Source: Podarcis melisellensis
Lineage: Eukaryota
Direction: 5' to 3' (one strand)
NCBI GenBank assembly: GCA_964234715.1
Contig: OZ174275.1
DNA: 64,000 bases
The notes beneath the pieces were generated by a model. It saw only the letters and a program-made list of their open reading frames with translations. It was not told where the DNA came from and made no database searches. The position numbers and the translations under genes were made by a program. Shown here one piece after another: positions 12,207-23,500 of the stretch; within the stretch, counting starts at the first letter, position 1; every line of letters begins with the position of its first letter.

Positions 12207-12343
12207 CTAGAATCATAGAATCGTAGAAGGGACCCTAAGGATCATCTAGTCCAGCCCCCTAAAATGCAGCTGCCTCGTACAGGGATTGAACCTGCAACCT
12301 TGACCTCATCAGCACCACACGCTAACCAACTGAGCACAATCCA
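12207..12343 (-). mobile_element. tRNA-derived SINE with CR1-type (GATTCTAT)n tail (Squam2-like)
   Basis: A box GCTCAGTTGG and B box GGTTCAATCC, then GGACTAGATGATCC...GATTCTATGATTCTAG. Confidence 0.7.
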
Positions 12344-13192
12344 ACCAAAGGGGGGGGAGCCACAATTGTAGCACAGCATGCTAAAAAATGCCAACCTTAA
12401 CCCACTTACTAAAGTGTAAGCTCCCATTAAACTTAGAGGGGTTTACTTCTGAGTAAGCATTGTTAGAATTGCACTGTAAAGCCTACTGAAATCTGTGGGC
12501 TAAACCATGCTTGATTCTGTGCTGGACTACAGCCAAACACTTTTAAGCCTCATTGGTTTTTAATGGAAGAATCATAAAGATCCTTAACCCTCTCCCATTT
12601 AAATCACTGAAAGGTAAACAAAATGTTCCAGCTTTGCCTATGGTGTGACTTTTGTCTGCACGGTGCCTCAGAAATCCTTGTCTTCTTGGCTGAAATACAT
12701 TAACCTCTAAAACCAACATCTCTGATCTAGATTCAAGGCTGGTGCCGCAAAGCATTTCTTAACAGCCAGACAAGGCATGAAGCTAGCTGCAGGAAGACAA
12801 TTAATGTGCACTTTTGAACAATATAGTGTCTGCTGATGAATTGAAGTAGGATTGGGATTACTGCAAATGGGAAGGTGAAGTTAACCCCCTGCACCTATTG
12901 TAAGCACGCTTACTTCTGGGACAGAAGATTCCTCAAGATGCCAATGGGAGTTTTGCCCCCACGGTTAATACCTCTCCTTATGCACCATGCTGCTAGTACT
13001 TTCCAGGGGATTCTTCCGCTGCTATTTAATTTTTTTAAGCTGTGCATTAATTCATTTCACACAATTCATATCACATCCATAAGCAGCAAACATGTGAAGG
13101 TTGCAGTAAGGAAGAAGTGCAAGAGGAGCACCAACACATTCCTCGTTCATGGGAAGCCATTTCTTCTGCCATAATGGGTTATCCAAACGCAG

Positions 13193-13194
<2 letters not shown>

Positions 13195-13242
<48 letters not shown>
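13195..13242. repeat. (CT)n microsatellite
   Basis: Directly visible. Confidence 0.95.
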
Positions 13243-13247
<5 letters not shown>

Positions 13248-13328
13248 TGTACTAGAAATAATGTGAGATGGCCAATCACATCTTCCATGTCTACTTCTTT
13301 GAAACAGAGGCCATGGCCCACCCTATGC

Positions 13329-13459
13329 TTTGACAGGAAAATGGCCACCTCAGAATGTTGATTTTGGGTGTCCTAAAACAACAGAAAAAACCGAACATTT
13401 TGCTGTTGTTTTATGACACCTAAAATCAACCGTCTGAGGCAGCCCACTTCCCTGTCAAA
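13329..13459. repeat. Imperfect fold-back (about 60-nt arms), probable MITE
   Basis: Paired segments TTTGACAGG/CCTGTCAAA, CCTCAGA/TCTGAGG and GTTGATTTTGGGTGTC/GACACCTAAAATCAAC. Confidence 0.75.
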
Positions 13460-15684
13460 TTGTTATTTCATTAATTGTTGTATTTTTACTTCCAGGAAGA
13501 TGAGCTTGGGTGACTTTCCTTCTCAGGTGCCAAAATAACTTTAGTGGCCTTGGGTTTCCATGCATCTTGACCTGGGGGTGGGGCAGGGAGGGGGATGCCT
13601 TTTGCTGAAAACTGACAGCAATGGCTTTGGGTCATTCTCAGTATAAAGAGCATGAGACTTGCCTTGAAGACAGATCAATGTTTTATAAACACCACCCTTC
13701 AAAATCATCCACAGTACACTCAATGCGTTGGTTAATTGGAATTAAGTCATTATATAGTGAAAAGTTCATTTTCCTGAGGTGATATTACATCAGCAATGAT
13801 CTAACATTAGCAAGCTAACACTGAGTTAGCAAGACACAGATCTGAAGATGGGAAATGCTAGTCACATTTATGATGACCTTATTAAATTTATGGCTTAATA
13901 TATCCTCAGAACAGTGTATCAGAACGCATCTTACTATCACCATTTCATGATGAAGAAATACATGGTCTCATGTTTTGTACATTGTGAAATAATGTTCCAG
14001 AAGTGAAACATATTCAGAAAGATTTCTCAGAGCCCAAAGAAAGATCCATATTCCATAATGATCTTTGTGTGCAGCACTTATCTTTCATTTTTTATGCAAA
14101 AGTATGCTTGAAAGGAAAGTCTTGCCAAGGAGTTGAATCGAAATTCAGCCATGCTCAGAGAAGACCCACTGAAACGAATGCTCATTAAATTCAATGGGTT
14201 TACTCTAAGTAGGACTTTGATACAACCAAAATGAACACTGATGATTGTTGTCATAAAAATCTGGAAGAGGAGGAGGGAGATTTTCTCTGATTTGAATTGC
14301 AGGAATGTAACATTTCAAACTGCCAGCCATGCTAACCTTTAGAAAACATTCAGATCTAAGATGATATGACAAGGGGCCTATTATTTAATAATAACAAACA
14401 GCAGAAAACACAGCCTCTCTCAAACTTCCACCAGAGGGCTCCTCAAGAACCATCTTGCCTTGAGGAGTGAAGACACTGAGCTTTCAAAAGGCACTTTGCA
14501 ATGCTGTTTGTCTCCATTGTTTTATATTGTTTATATAATTGATTGCTGCTTGTTTAAACCGTTGTGTGATAAATCAGTAAGTACAAAGGATTTGCCTACC
14601 ACATCCCTACTGCTGTCTTCTAGTCTTTGCGTACAACGCTGCCTTATGACCTGCTCATGAGGTTCCTCATGACCAGTATTACCTGCTTTCTGGGTGGCCA
14701 ATGGCTGTCTAGGATCTCAGGCAGAACCTTTCCCCATCACCTACTTCTCAACTGTCTCTCAATTGGAGGTACCAGGGATCAAACCATTGCCTTTCTGCAT
14801 GCAAGATATGTATTCTTACCACTGACCTGTGCCATCAAGTCACAGACACTTCCTCCCTTCAAAGCCCACATCTACTACTAAGAGGTTCCTGGCCTGGAAG
14901 CCACTCTTATTCTATCCCTGCTATGCCTACAGGAAATTTAGGCACTATCTTCTCCTTTTCTGTGTCCTTCTCTGCTGGATCCCTCTGGAAAGGGCTGTCA
15001 CACATCAGTGCGTGCACTTGGGACAATGCCCAGGGTCCAAAGAAACACCAAGCAAGGAATACAAGCTCAAGAGGCATTTAGATTTGTTTTCTTGAACAGG
15101 CTCTTTCTCCCTAAGGGGCACGAAAAGCTGCAGAAGACTCAGCTTTGTAAAGGGCAAAAGGCAAGCTTCTGTTGTAACCACCAGCAAGTTGTGGTAGCCT
15201 AATCAGCTCTTTTCCATTTTAGGGGCTAGCTGTAGTGCAAATTTAAACCATTGTGTGAATTGTTCAACATTTCCAGTTATGTTGCAACTCACGTATTTCT
15301 TCCACTAAAAGAGGAACGAGTTCTTTATAACTATTTAAGTAAAAAAAATAACTCTTAAGAAGCATGTCCTTTATTTATTGATTTTTTTACTTCCCAGACT
15401 AGGCAAGTTAATTGAGATCTGTGATTTCAGAACTATGGAATCCTCCAATTAGAGAAAGACGTCTCTTGCAAAGACCTGTTTTTTGTTGTCTGTTGTAGAG
15501 GTGTATAGCCTATTAGAACATCCAGATTTCTTACCAAGGCTTTACAAATTTGTGTAGTAACACTTAAAGGGGGAATGGGAAATGATTTATTCTGTATTGG
15601 TGGGGGAGCAGAAATGTAAACTACTATTATTAGCAGTATTCTTGTTATTATTGTGTGTGAAATGGCTGCTCGCTAAACACAATC

Positions 15685-15714
15685 GAACTGAACTGAACTG
15701 AACTGAACTGAACT
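15685..15714. repeat. (GAACT)6 pentanucleotide repeat
   Basis: Directly visible. Confidence 0.95.
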
Positions 15715-16700
15715 AGGATCAAGACTGCAGCAGTGGGAGACAAATGTTCAATCCTTTTCCCCAATTCATTTGCTATTTGATCCATTGGTCACACACAAGT
15801 CTTCCTAATGGGGTAAATGTCAGCCTTGGGGGAGTATTGTCATCAGCAGAAGGGTATGGCAGAGGATTAAATCCCTCTCTCCCCACAGCACAGACCCCAG
15901 TCATTTCTCTTTTGGCCTGCCTCACCACACAGGTACTGCTTGAGTTTTCACATTTGCTCTCTAAGAACACAAAATATGGTCCCTATGCCAAAACTAAAAT
16001 TAACATTTTGGAGGAATTCAGATTTTGAATTCAAAATTTGAATGCTTTGGTCTTGCTAGAGATCTCTCAAATCTCTATTGCACTGTTGTGTATTTGTTTG
16101 GGTTTTGGTCATTTATCTCATAAAATAGTATAAGCAATCAAGTACCAAATATGATATTGAGTCCCAATAATAAACAAATGCTAATTATCATTCATTTTAA
16201 GTCAAACATGTCACAGCTCCGAATGCTAAATGTCAAATTGTGACTCAAACATTGAACATCAAGCTTTACACAGGATTTGAAGATTTTTGTGAGCATTTCC
16301 CCCCCCCCCCATCTCAACCCTTACTCTACACACTAAAGACTCACTATAAACACAGGACCTTGTCAGCCTTCCAGGAGAGCATTTGAGGGCTTACAGAGGA
16401 AGGGCAGGTGTGAATTGGCCTTGGGGCTAACATCCCTGTGCATACAATATTGTATATGTTAAAAAAAATACACACTAAAATCCTTACTATTCTTTGTGAG
16501 GAAACACACACACACCACAAACTGATGTGGAAATGTGGCCAACTGAATTTAAGACCAGAAAAATGAGAAACTAAAAGAAACCGAATTAGACAAATTATCC
16601 ACTTCTATCCAGTCCCAATATGAGCTCTCATGCATTATTTTGAACACCTTAAGGCGGCTAAAGTTTTGTAAGGCATTGTGTCCAAATTCTGAAAGTTGTG

Positions 16701-16707
<7 letters not shown>

Positions 16708-16753
<46 letters not shown>
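16708..16753. repeat. Compound (CT)n(CA)n microsatellite
   Basis: Directly visible. Confidence 0.95.
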
Positions 16754-16754
<1 letters not shown>

Positions 16755-17565
16755 CCACTCAAAATTCTCAATAAATCTGAGATTGCTCTTTGCAGTTTTT
16801 TTAATATAAAAAACTAAGAAGCCAAACAGAATTTGCAGGTCAGGCTGTCCTTCCACACAACTTTTCCTATTAATGTTTCCTTTGACAATGCTGAGAGACA
16901 CAAATATAGCATGGCTGGATACAGATGGGAACAGGACAAATAACTGATATGAAGCCTTTGAGTGTTACATAACCAAAGCCTCTTTCATAAGGGTACAAAA
17001 TGTGATGGTGAACACCATCCCTTTACTACATTAATGCTGCCATTGAAAGAGATACTTTAGTCATCATTTTTATCATCAGTATAAGATGAGGATTTTTCCA
17101 TTGAACTAGCAAAGTTATTATTGTACGCCACCACAATCTCCAAGTGGTACGAGATTCCAGGCGTTTCAGGCACTTACCCAAGGGTCATGTTTCCTTTAGA
17201 ATGAGGTACAGCAGAGACTCACTTCTGCAAATCACTACTCAAGGGGAAATAAGTTTTCAAGGCACTCAGAATAGCTGTTCTCCCCAGTTCAAAATGAACT
17301 ATGCTAAAAATGTGCAGAACCACCTCTCTTCAGAACTCACAAGTAGGTAGAGGTTTGAATCTGAATCAGAGGGGGCAGGAATTCTCCTTCCCTCTCACCA
17401 TCACAGCAACAGCCAGGTAGCAGCAGTGATTGAGATACCTATCCCACGCTCTTTTCCTTTCTCTACCTGGTTTTCTCTTTCTTTTGCGAATGACATCCCG
17501 GAGCCATCAGGTATGTCATTTTCAAAGAGCACCTGTTAGTATGGCTGCCAGGTGTCAGGTGTCAG

Positions 17566-17786
17566 GAGAGCCAGTGTGGTGTAGTGGTTAAGAGCGATAG
17601 ACTCATAATCTGGGGAACCGGGTTCGCGTCTCCACTCCTCCACATGCAGCTGCTGGGTGACCTTGGGCTAGTCACACTTCTCTGAAGTCTCTCAACCCCA
17701 GTCACCTCACAGAGTGTTTGTTGTGGGGGAGGAAGGGAAAGGAGAATGTTAGCCGCTTTGAGACTCCTCAGGGTAGTGATAAAGTG
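17566..17786 (+). mobile_element. Young tRNA-CORE SINE (Squam3-like), 3' end lost in the assembly gap
   Basis: Head AGCCAGTGTGGTGTAGTGGTTAAGAGC...GGTTCG and CORE TGGGTGACCTTGGGCTAGTCAC; near-identical to 22240-22527. Confidence 0.85.
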
Positions 17787-17922
17787 NNNNNNNNNNNNNN
17801 NNNNNNNNNNNNNNNNNNNNNNNNNNNNNNNNNNNNNNNNNNNNNNNNNNNNNNNNNNNNNNNNNNNNNNNNNNNNNNNNNNNNNNNNNNNNNNNNNNNN
17901 NNNNNNNNNNNNNNNNNNNNNN
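17787..17922. other. Assembly gap (run of N)
   Basis: 136 N characters. Confidence 0.99.
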
Positions 17923-18814
17923 CTCAGTGCTGTAGCATCATTCCAGCTGCAGGAGGAGAATAGGGTAGAAAAGCAATATTCCTCCTAGTCAACCACAGAA
18001 GAAAGGGGTGAGTAGGGAGAACCTCCGTCCAATCAACTATTTGGGGGGGGGGCTTCCTCCCTAGCACAAGGTACAGGGCCCTGAGGTCTCAGAGAGATGG
18101 CAGTTGAAGGAGAATTCAAATAAAATCCCTTTGTGTGCTGTACTTTTGTTCACAATCACTAGCCCATTCTATTTCAAGCCAGGGCAAAGCCACTCAACGC
18201 TAATTATTATTCCAGTATTGCAAGTGTGTCTGAAGGTAAGGAACAGTTGATTTTGTAAGACAACCCTGCAGGTTAATCACTGACGTGAGATCTGAAGTGG
18301 TGACTTCAAAGCTCATGCTATTAGCCACCGTACTGTACTACTTCATAGTGTCCAAAGTATTTCACAACTCTCATCTTGTTATCCTCACAGAGCATCTTTG
18401 TTATGACAAGTTTGGCTGAAAAAAGAGACCAAGGTGATTAAGTGGGTCCCATGGCTAAGAGGAGTTGTCCTACATAAAGCCCGAAAGTTATCAACTGCGC
18501 TACAAGCAGAAATGTTGAATGTCTCTTTTGTATATCTTGTGGTAGTAATGAGAATTTCTGTAGCCTCTTAGCTCAGATCAAAATAGCAACTACAAACATA
18601 GACTGTATGCACCAAGGTGATCAGCAATCATTGACTCTCACTGAATCCTTTCTAAACATTATGTTGCCACATACACTATAGTTGAATAAATCCAAACTCA
18701 CACAATTCTACATTTACCTATTTGAGAGAACCTTATAAAACAGATACAAAGTATATAAAACTTATATGTAATTACAAAGTCCCAGGGTTTGGCTTTATGA
18801 TATGAGCCTTCTAC

Positions 18815-18910
18815 CTTGCTGAAGCTAAGCAGGTCTGGATCCGGTCCATGCCTAGCTGGATATGCACAGCACTTTGGGTTTAATGAAAGAGGAAAAGCAG
18901 GATATAAATG
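18815..18910 (+). mobile_element. Decayed 5S rRNA-derived SINE (SINE3-like) fragment
   Basis: GAAGCTAAGCAGG matches the 5S box A region, followed by an L2/MIR-like tail AAAGCAGGATATAAAT. Confidence 0.4.
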
Positions 18911-19489
18911 TTATGGGGGCGGGGGACTAGTTTCCCCAGTCTCCTTTATTTGAGTAATTCAACTGTGGAAGCAAAATGCAAAGCCTAAGATCACCTCTAC
19001 GAATATGTTTTTCATTTAAGATTTTAGTGGTAAGCCTGATTACATTTAGAAACCTGTATACCTTTTATCACAATTTTCCAAGACGTTTAAATGGAAGAGC
19101 TTAATGAAATGGACTATAAGACAGAAGCCAGAAGGTTCTCTGCCTTCCCTACAAGCTAATTATTCTTTGAGCAGAATCCATTTTCTGCCAGCTTTTGAGA
19201 GAGATGCTGTTTTTCAGTAGAGTGGAGCTAAATAATTCATATATAAAAATGTTGCCACTTTATCCGAGTAGGAGAGTAGCAATAAGGTCCAAAGCATGTA
19301 TTACAGGGAGCCAAGAAAGATTTCTCACTACTATTGAATAACCAAAGACTGTCTTATTTTTCTTCTTGTTGGCCTGGCGAATAGATAATATTTCTTCCTT
19401 TTGAGTAGGAAAACGGGTTACATTTGACCATCTGCCAAGACATGCTAATGCAGGAAGCTATGCAATAAAATAAAATCAAAATTAAAGTA

Positions 19490-19845
19490 CAGTGGTGCCT
19501 CGCAAGACGAAATTAATCCGTTCCGTGAGGCTCTTCGTATAGCGGTTTTTTCGTCTTGCGAAGCAAGCCCATTGACAGCTTAGCGGATTAGCGCTACAGC
19601 TGTCAAGCGGCTTCCAGCGATCAGCTGTTAAGCGGCTTATCAGCGGAACAGCTGATAAGCGGCTTAGCGGCTTAAGAAAAGGGCGGAAAAAGCGAAAAAA
19701 ACCCGCGGGGGGATGCAAGATTTTTTTCGTCTTGCGAAGCAACCCCATAGGGGAATTCGTTTTACGAAGCGCCTCCAAAACGGAAAACCCTTTCGTCTAG
19801 CGGGTTTTTCGTCTTGCGAGGCGTTCGTCTTGCGGGGCACCACTG
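19490..19845. mobile_element. Tc1/mariner (Tigger/pogo-like) MITE, copy 1
   Basis: TA TSD; 22-bp TIR CAGTGGTGCC(T/C)CGCAAGACGAA; CpG-rich interior. Confidence 0.9.
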
Positions 19846-20372
19846 TAGAGGCATAGAGCAAAGTGAACATGATGTGACTGGAGAATACCTGAAGTGGAAA
19901 CTTGTGCTTTAAGAAAGACTGTACCAGCTGAAGAAAATAAAGTGTGAACCACTTTTCTTTTTTAGTGACCCCACAATGCTGAAGTGCTGAGATTGCTGGC
20001 GAACAATAGCAGAAAGGGTTTTACGCTCATGTCTTGCTTGTGAGCTTCCCATAAGAATCTTGCTGGCCACTGGGGGAAACAGGATGCTAGCCTAGTTAGG
20101 CTTTGATCAGATCCCACAGAGTGGCTCTTATGAGATATACCTCCCTAATCGGAAAGGTGTGACTCAAGTTGCAATTGCATACCCATTTACCTAGAAGTAA
20201 GGCACACTGGACTGTGGGTGTTTTACTTCTCAGTAGGCATGCATAGGATTGCCCTGGTTGCCACCAGAACTGATCAAGAGATTTGAGGCCCTTTCACTTG
20301 TTGCAGAGATAAGGAGCACAGCAAATGTATGCTGTAATATCCAAGGTAGATACATCATAAAATGTGGGTGGA

Positions 20373-21510
20373 GGGGGGCCACTAGGGGGCGCATTGGAAG
20401 ATGGCCGACAATACCATCTCTCCGACCCACACGGGGTAATTAAGAGGCTGTTATGGGAGTAGGCAGCCTCCCTTGTTGCCCCAAGGAAATGGGGAACACT
20501 TGCCTGCTGTGCCCATAAATCACCCCCTAATTCAAAAGAAGGGGGTGAGGGCCCTAGGCAGAATGCCCCCGTGTGGACCTCGGCTCTCCTGGGCGCTGTC
20601 TCTGATCGCGCACTAGTTGCAGCAATTTGGAATAATTAATTACAAAAGAAGCAAATGCACATATTTCAAGTGAATAAGGGGAGTGGTCTGCTAATTTAAG
20701 TGACCTCTGCGAAAGAAGACGACGGGTTGGAGAAACAGGAATATTTTACAATGAAGATACACCAAAGGCGGGGTATGTTGACAACAGGGCTGAATGGGGG
20801 GGGGGACCTTTTTTACTTTTCTTCTATGTGATTTACAAGAACCCCTCCTCATTAGAACCGTCGGTTGAACTGACCCAAGCGGGATGATTAAGATCTGTGT
20901 GGAGATAAACTTTAACCAAAAGTATGCTTTATGGAGACCGAGAAGCAATAAGAGCTTTTGGGAATGGCGCAGCAATTAATTCGGAGTTGCCATCTTGCCA
21001 AAGGATTTATAGCCGGGAAGAAGAACGGATTTGTTTTCAGACTGCATTCCTAGTGAATCTCCTCAGAGGTTTTGAGAAAGGAGGCAGATTGGTGAAGATT
21101 AATGACGCTAAGACTGTTTTGATGTATGGAAGTGATGTTATATGGAAAACGTCTGGATATGGCTACTGAATTAAAAAAAATAATATCCACGCAGGATTAC
21201 AAACTGTTCTAACCAGCTTGCGGAGACTATCAGAGGTCACAAAGAGAAAGAAAAAATATATGAAAATAACAACAAGAGATGTGGAAAAATAATAAGAAAG
21301 GACTGGATAGTACTGTGAACAACATAAGGTTAGATTTGTGGACATTAAAACAGCAGTAAGAAGAAGTTGATTGGATCCGTTCGGAACTTGAAATATGGGT
21401 ACCCCCAACAAAAATTTAAAATTCGGCTGTGTAATTTGGAATTTATGTAATTTGGTTTGATTTGATGTGATTGGTCGGTTAATAAAAATTATTCTTAAAA
21501 AAATAAAAAT
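20373..21510 (+). mobile_element. Full-length ~1.1 kb non-coding L1-dependent retroposon, copy A
   Basis: 5' G-run plus GGAAGATGGCCG; AATAAA at 21481-21486 followed by an A-rich tail; TSD (AT)AAAATGTGGGTGGA at 20357-20372 and 21509-21524; end-to-end homology with 53311-54415; no long ORF. Confidence 0.85.
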
Positions 21511-22034
21511 AAAATGTGGGTGGAGAAAACTGTAACTGGCTCAGTTCCCTGGAGTGTGTATGTACTACATACCTGTCATATACTTGTGATCATTAAAATA
21601 TGCTACTCTCACTAAGATGTAGCATATAGAATAGGCCTAAGACTAAATAGCAAGCATTTCTGAATTCACTCATAGGCTTTAAGATAGCAAGCTTTCTTCA
21701 GTTTCTATTTGCTCTTAAGATATTATGTTAGAGTATCTCAGGAGTAGCCTCTCTATAACAAAGGTTGGTTATGGTCTCACCAAGGATATTTGAACTGATG
21801 ATCATGTAGCAACTTCTTTGTCTTAGGCTTTTCTAATTACTTTAAACTTCTAACAGTTAACTTGGGGAGGGACAATTATCCAGATAATGTTCAAAATAGA
21901 CTTCTACCACCATTCAGAAGAAATATTTACACAAACTGATGCTTTTACACTGATACTATATGTAGTTCACATCAAAGGACATCTCATAAATATCCTGACT
22001 GATAAGACAGGATATTTCTATAATACTCTTGGCC

Positions 22035-22076
22035 AAATAGTTTATATTGGAATGAAAATAGTTTATATTGGAATGA
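22035..22076. repeat. Perfect 21-bp tandem duplication AAATAGTTTATATTGGAATGA x2
   Basis: Directly visible. Confidence 0.95.
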
Positions 22077-22239
22077 ATGGAGCAACTGCTGTTAAAAGTT
22101 ATTCATATCTTCAAAGGAAAATATGTTAGAATTGACTATCTCCTTTTCCATTAGCCCTGCTGTTTGCACAGAAATATCAAGTCTGGCCCAAGCTTTAACC
22201 ATATGCAACAGTTGTCTTGAGTTATTTGAGTTGAGACAT

Positions 22240-22527
22240 AGAAGAAAAAGAAGAAGAGGAGGAGGAGGAGGAGGAGGAGGAGGAGTAGTAGTTTGGCTTT
22301 GATATCCCGCTTTATCACTACCCTAAGGAGTCTCAAAGCGGCTAACATTCTCCTTTCCCTTCCTCCCCCACAACAAACACTCTGTGAGGTGAGTGGGGCT
22401 GGGAGACTTCAGAGAAGTGTGACTGGCCCAAGGTCACCCAGCAGCTGCATGTGGAGGAGCAGAGACGCAAACCCGGTTCCCCGGATAACGAGTCCACCGC
22501 TCTTAACCACTGCACCACACTGGCTCT
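22240..22527 (-). mobile_element. Young tRNA-CORE SINE (Squam3-like) with compound (CTA)(CTC)n(CTT)n tail
   Basis: Same body as 17566-17786 in the opposite orientation, with complete tail. Confidence 0.88.
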
Positions 22528-23111
22528 GGATTCCATTGTGCCATTTCACATTATTAGGAATGAAGTTGAGCAGGTTGCTACACAGTGGCCAACTGCACAA
22601 GCCAGAACCAGGAATAGAAAAGTAGCAGCTTGTGTAACTCGGCTTAAAAGAAAGAACATAAAATATATATTCAGGTTCTGGACATCATTGTGATTTAAGG
22701 GAGAAAAGAACAAAGTTATATAGATGACACTGAACTATTACCAGCACTATAAAATTTTCAAGGTCGGTTCTATGTCAGCTTGAAAAGAAAAGAGGTATGG
22801 CTATGGATACACCATGTATCTGTCAACAGACAGATTACTGGCCATTAACAAATAAGTATTTTTATAACAAATATGTTCATTTCAGTACTCAAATGTTTCA
22901 ACTCCTACTATCCCACAGAAATGAATTGCTTGCTTATGTGCTTAAGTTTTTGTATTTCATTAACTGCTAGAAGCTCTTATCAGTTCACTGGGGAAAAATT
23001 GTGTCAAGTTGTTCAGTACGACAAAATTTCTAGCAAGAAACATTTAAAAAGCAAGGCTAGTGTGATATAAACATGTAACAACCCTTGAGAGAACAAATTC
23101 CTGGGCAGGAA

Positions 23112-23180
23112 AATCATAGAATCATAGAGTTGGAAGGGATCCAGAGGATCATCTAGTCCAACCTCCTGCAATGCAGGAAG
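23112..23180 (-). mobile_element. CR1 or CR1-tailed SINE 3' end; a similar piece lies at about 49420-49527
   Basis: Minus strand GGACTAGATGATCC...CCTTCCAACTCTATGATTCTATGATT. Confidence 0.75.
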
Positions 23181-23360
23181 TTTCCGTACACCAAATCAGA
23201 CCATTGGCCCACCTCATTCAGTATTGTTGGCATAGACCGCTAGCAGCTTACCTTGGTTTCATGCAGGAGTCTTACCCAGCCCTACCTGAAGGCACCGGGG
23301 ATTGAACCTGTGACATTTTGTATGCAAAATGTGTGCTGTACCCTAAGCAACAGCCCTTCC
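23180..23360 (-). mobile_element. Old tRNA-derived SINE (LF-SINE-like); related copy at about 62725-62935 (+), isolated heads at about 14770-14830 and 25310-25365
   Basis: Degenerate A/B boxes (GGTTCAATCCCCGG) followed by a shared body ending ...GGCCAATGGTCTGA. Confidence 0.5.
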
Positions 23361-23428
23361 TTTGCAGGCTCAGATTAATACTATGCCATAATGTTTTGGG
23401 CTATCTCAATCTCAAGTGATCTATTTCA

Positions 23429-23435
<7 letters not shown>

Positions 23436-23493
<58 letters not shown>

Positions 23494-23500
23494 TACATAT
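23436..23500. repeat. Compound (AT)n(AC)n microsatellite
   Basis: Directly visible. Confidence 0.95.

Noticed and set aside
12275-12343. tRNA-like sequence with A and B boxes
   Set aside because: It runs straight into a CR1-type tail and lacks a sound cloverleaf; it is a SINE head. The same applies to the other tRNA-like heads.
17718-17988. ORFs spanning the N run
   Set aside because: Artefacts of the assembly gap.
19490-19845. Regularly recurring TTCGTCTTGCG motifs resembling a CRISPR-like array
   Set aside because: The repeats are short, irregularly spaced and bounded by TIRs with TA TSDs in vertebrate DNA; they are MITE subterminal repeats.
20924-21169. 81-aa ORF in copy A sharing 'VKIN' with an ORF in copy B
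   Set aside because: The frame is not kept between copies beyond four residues and there is no recognisable ORF1 or RT similarity.
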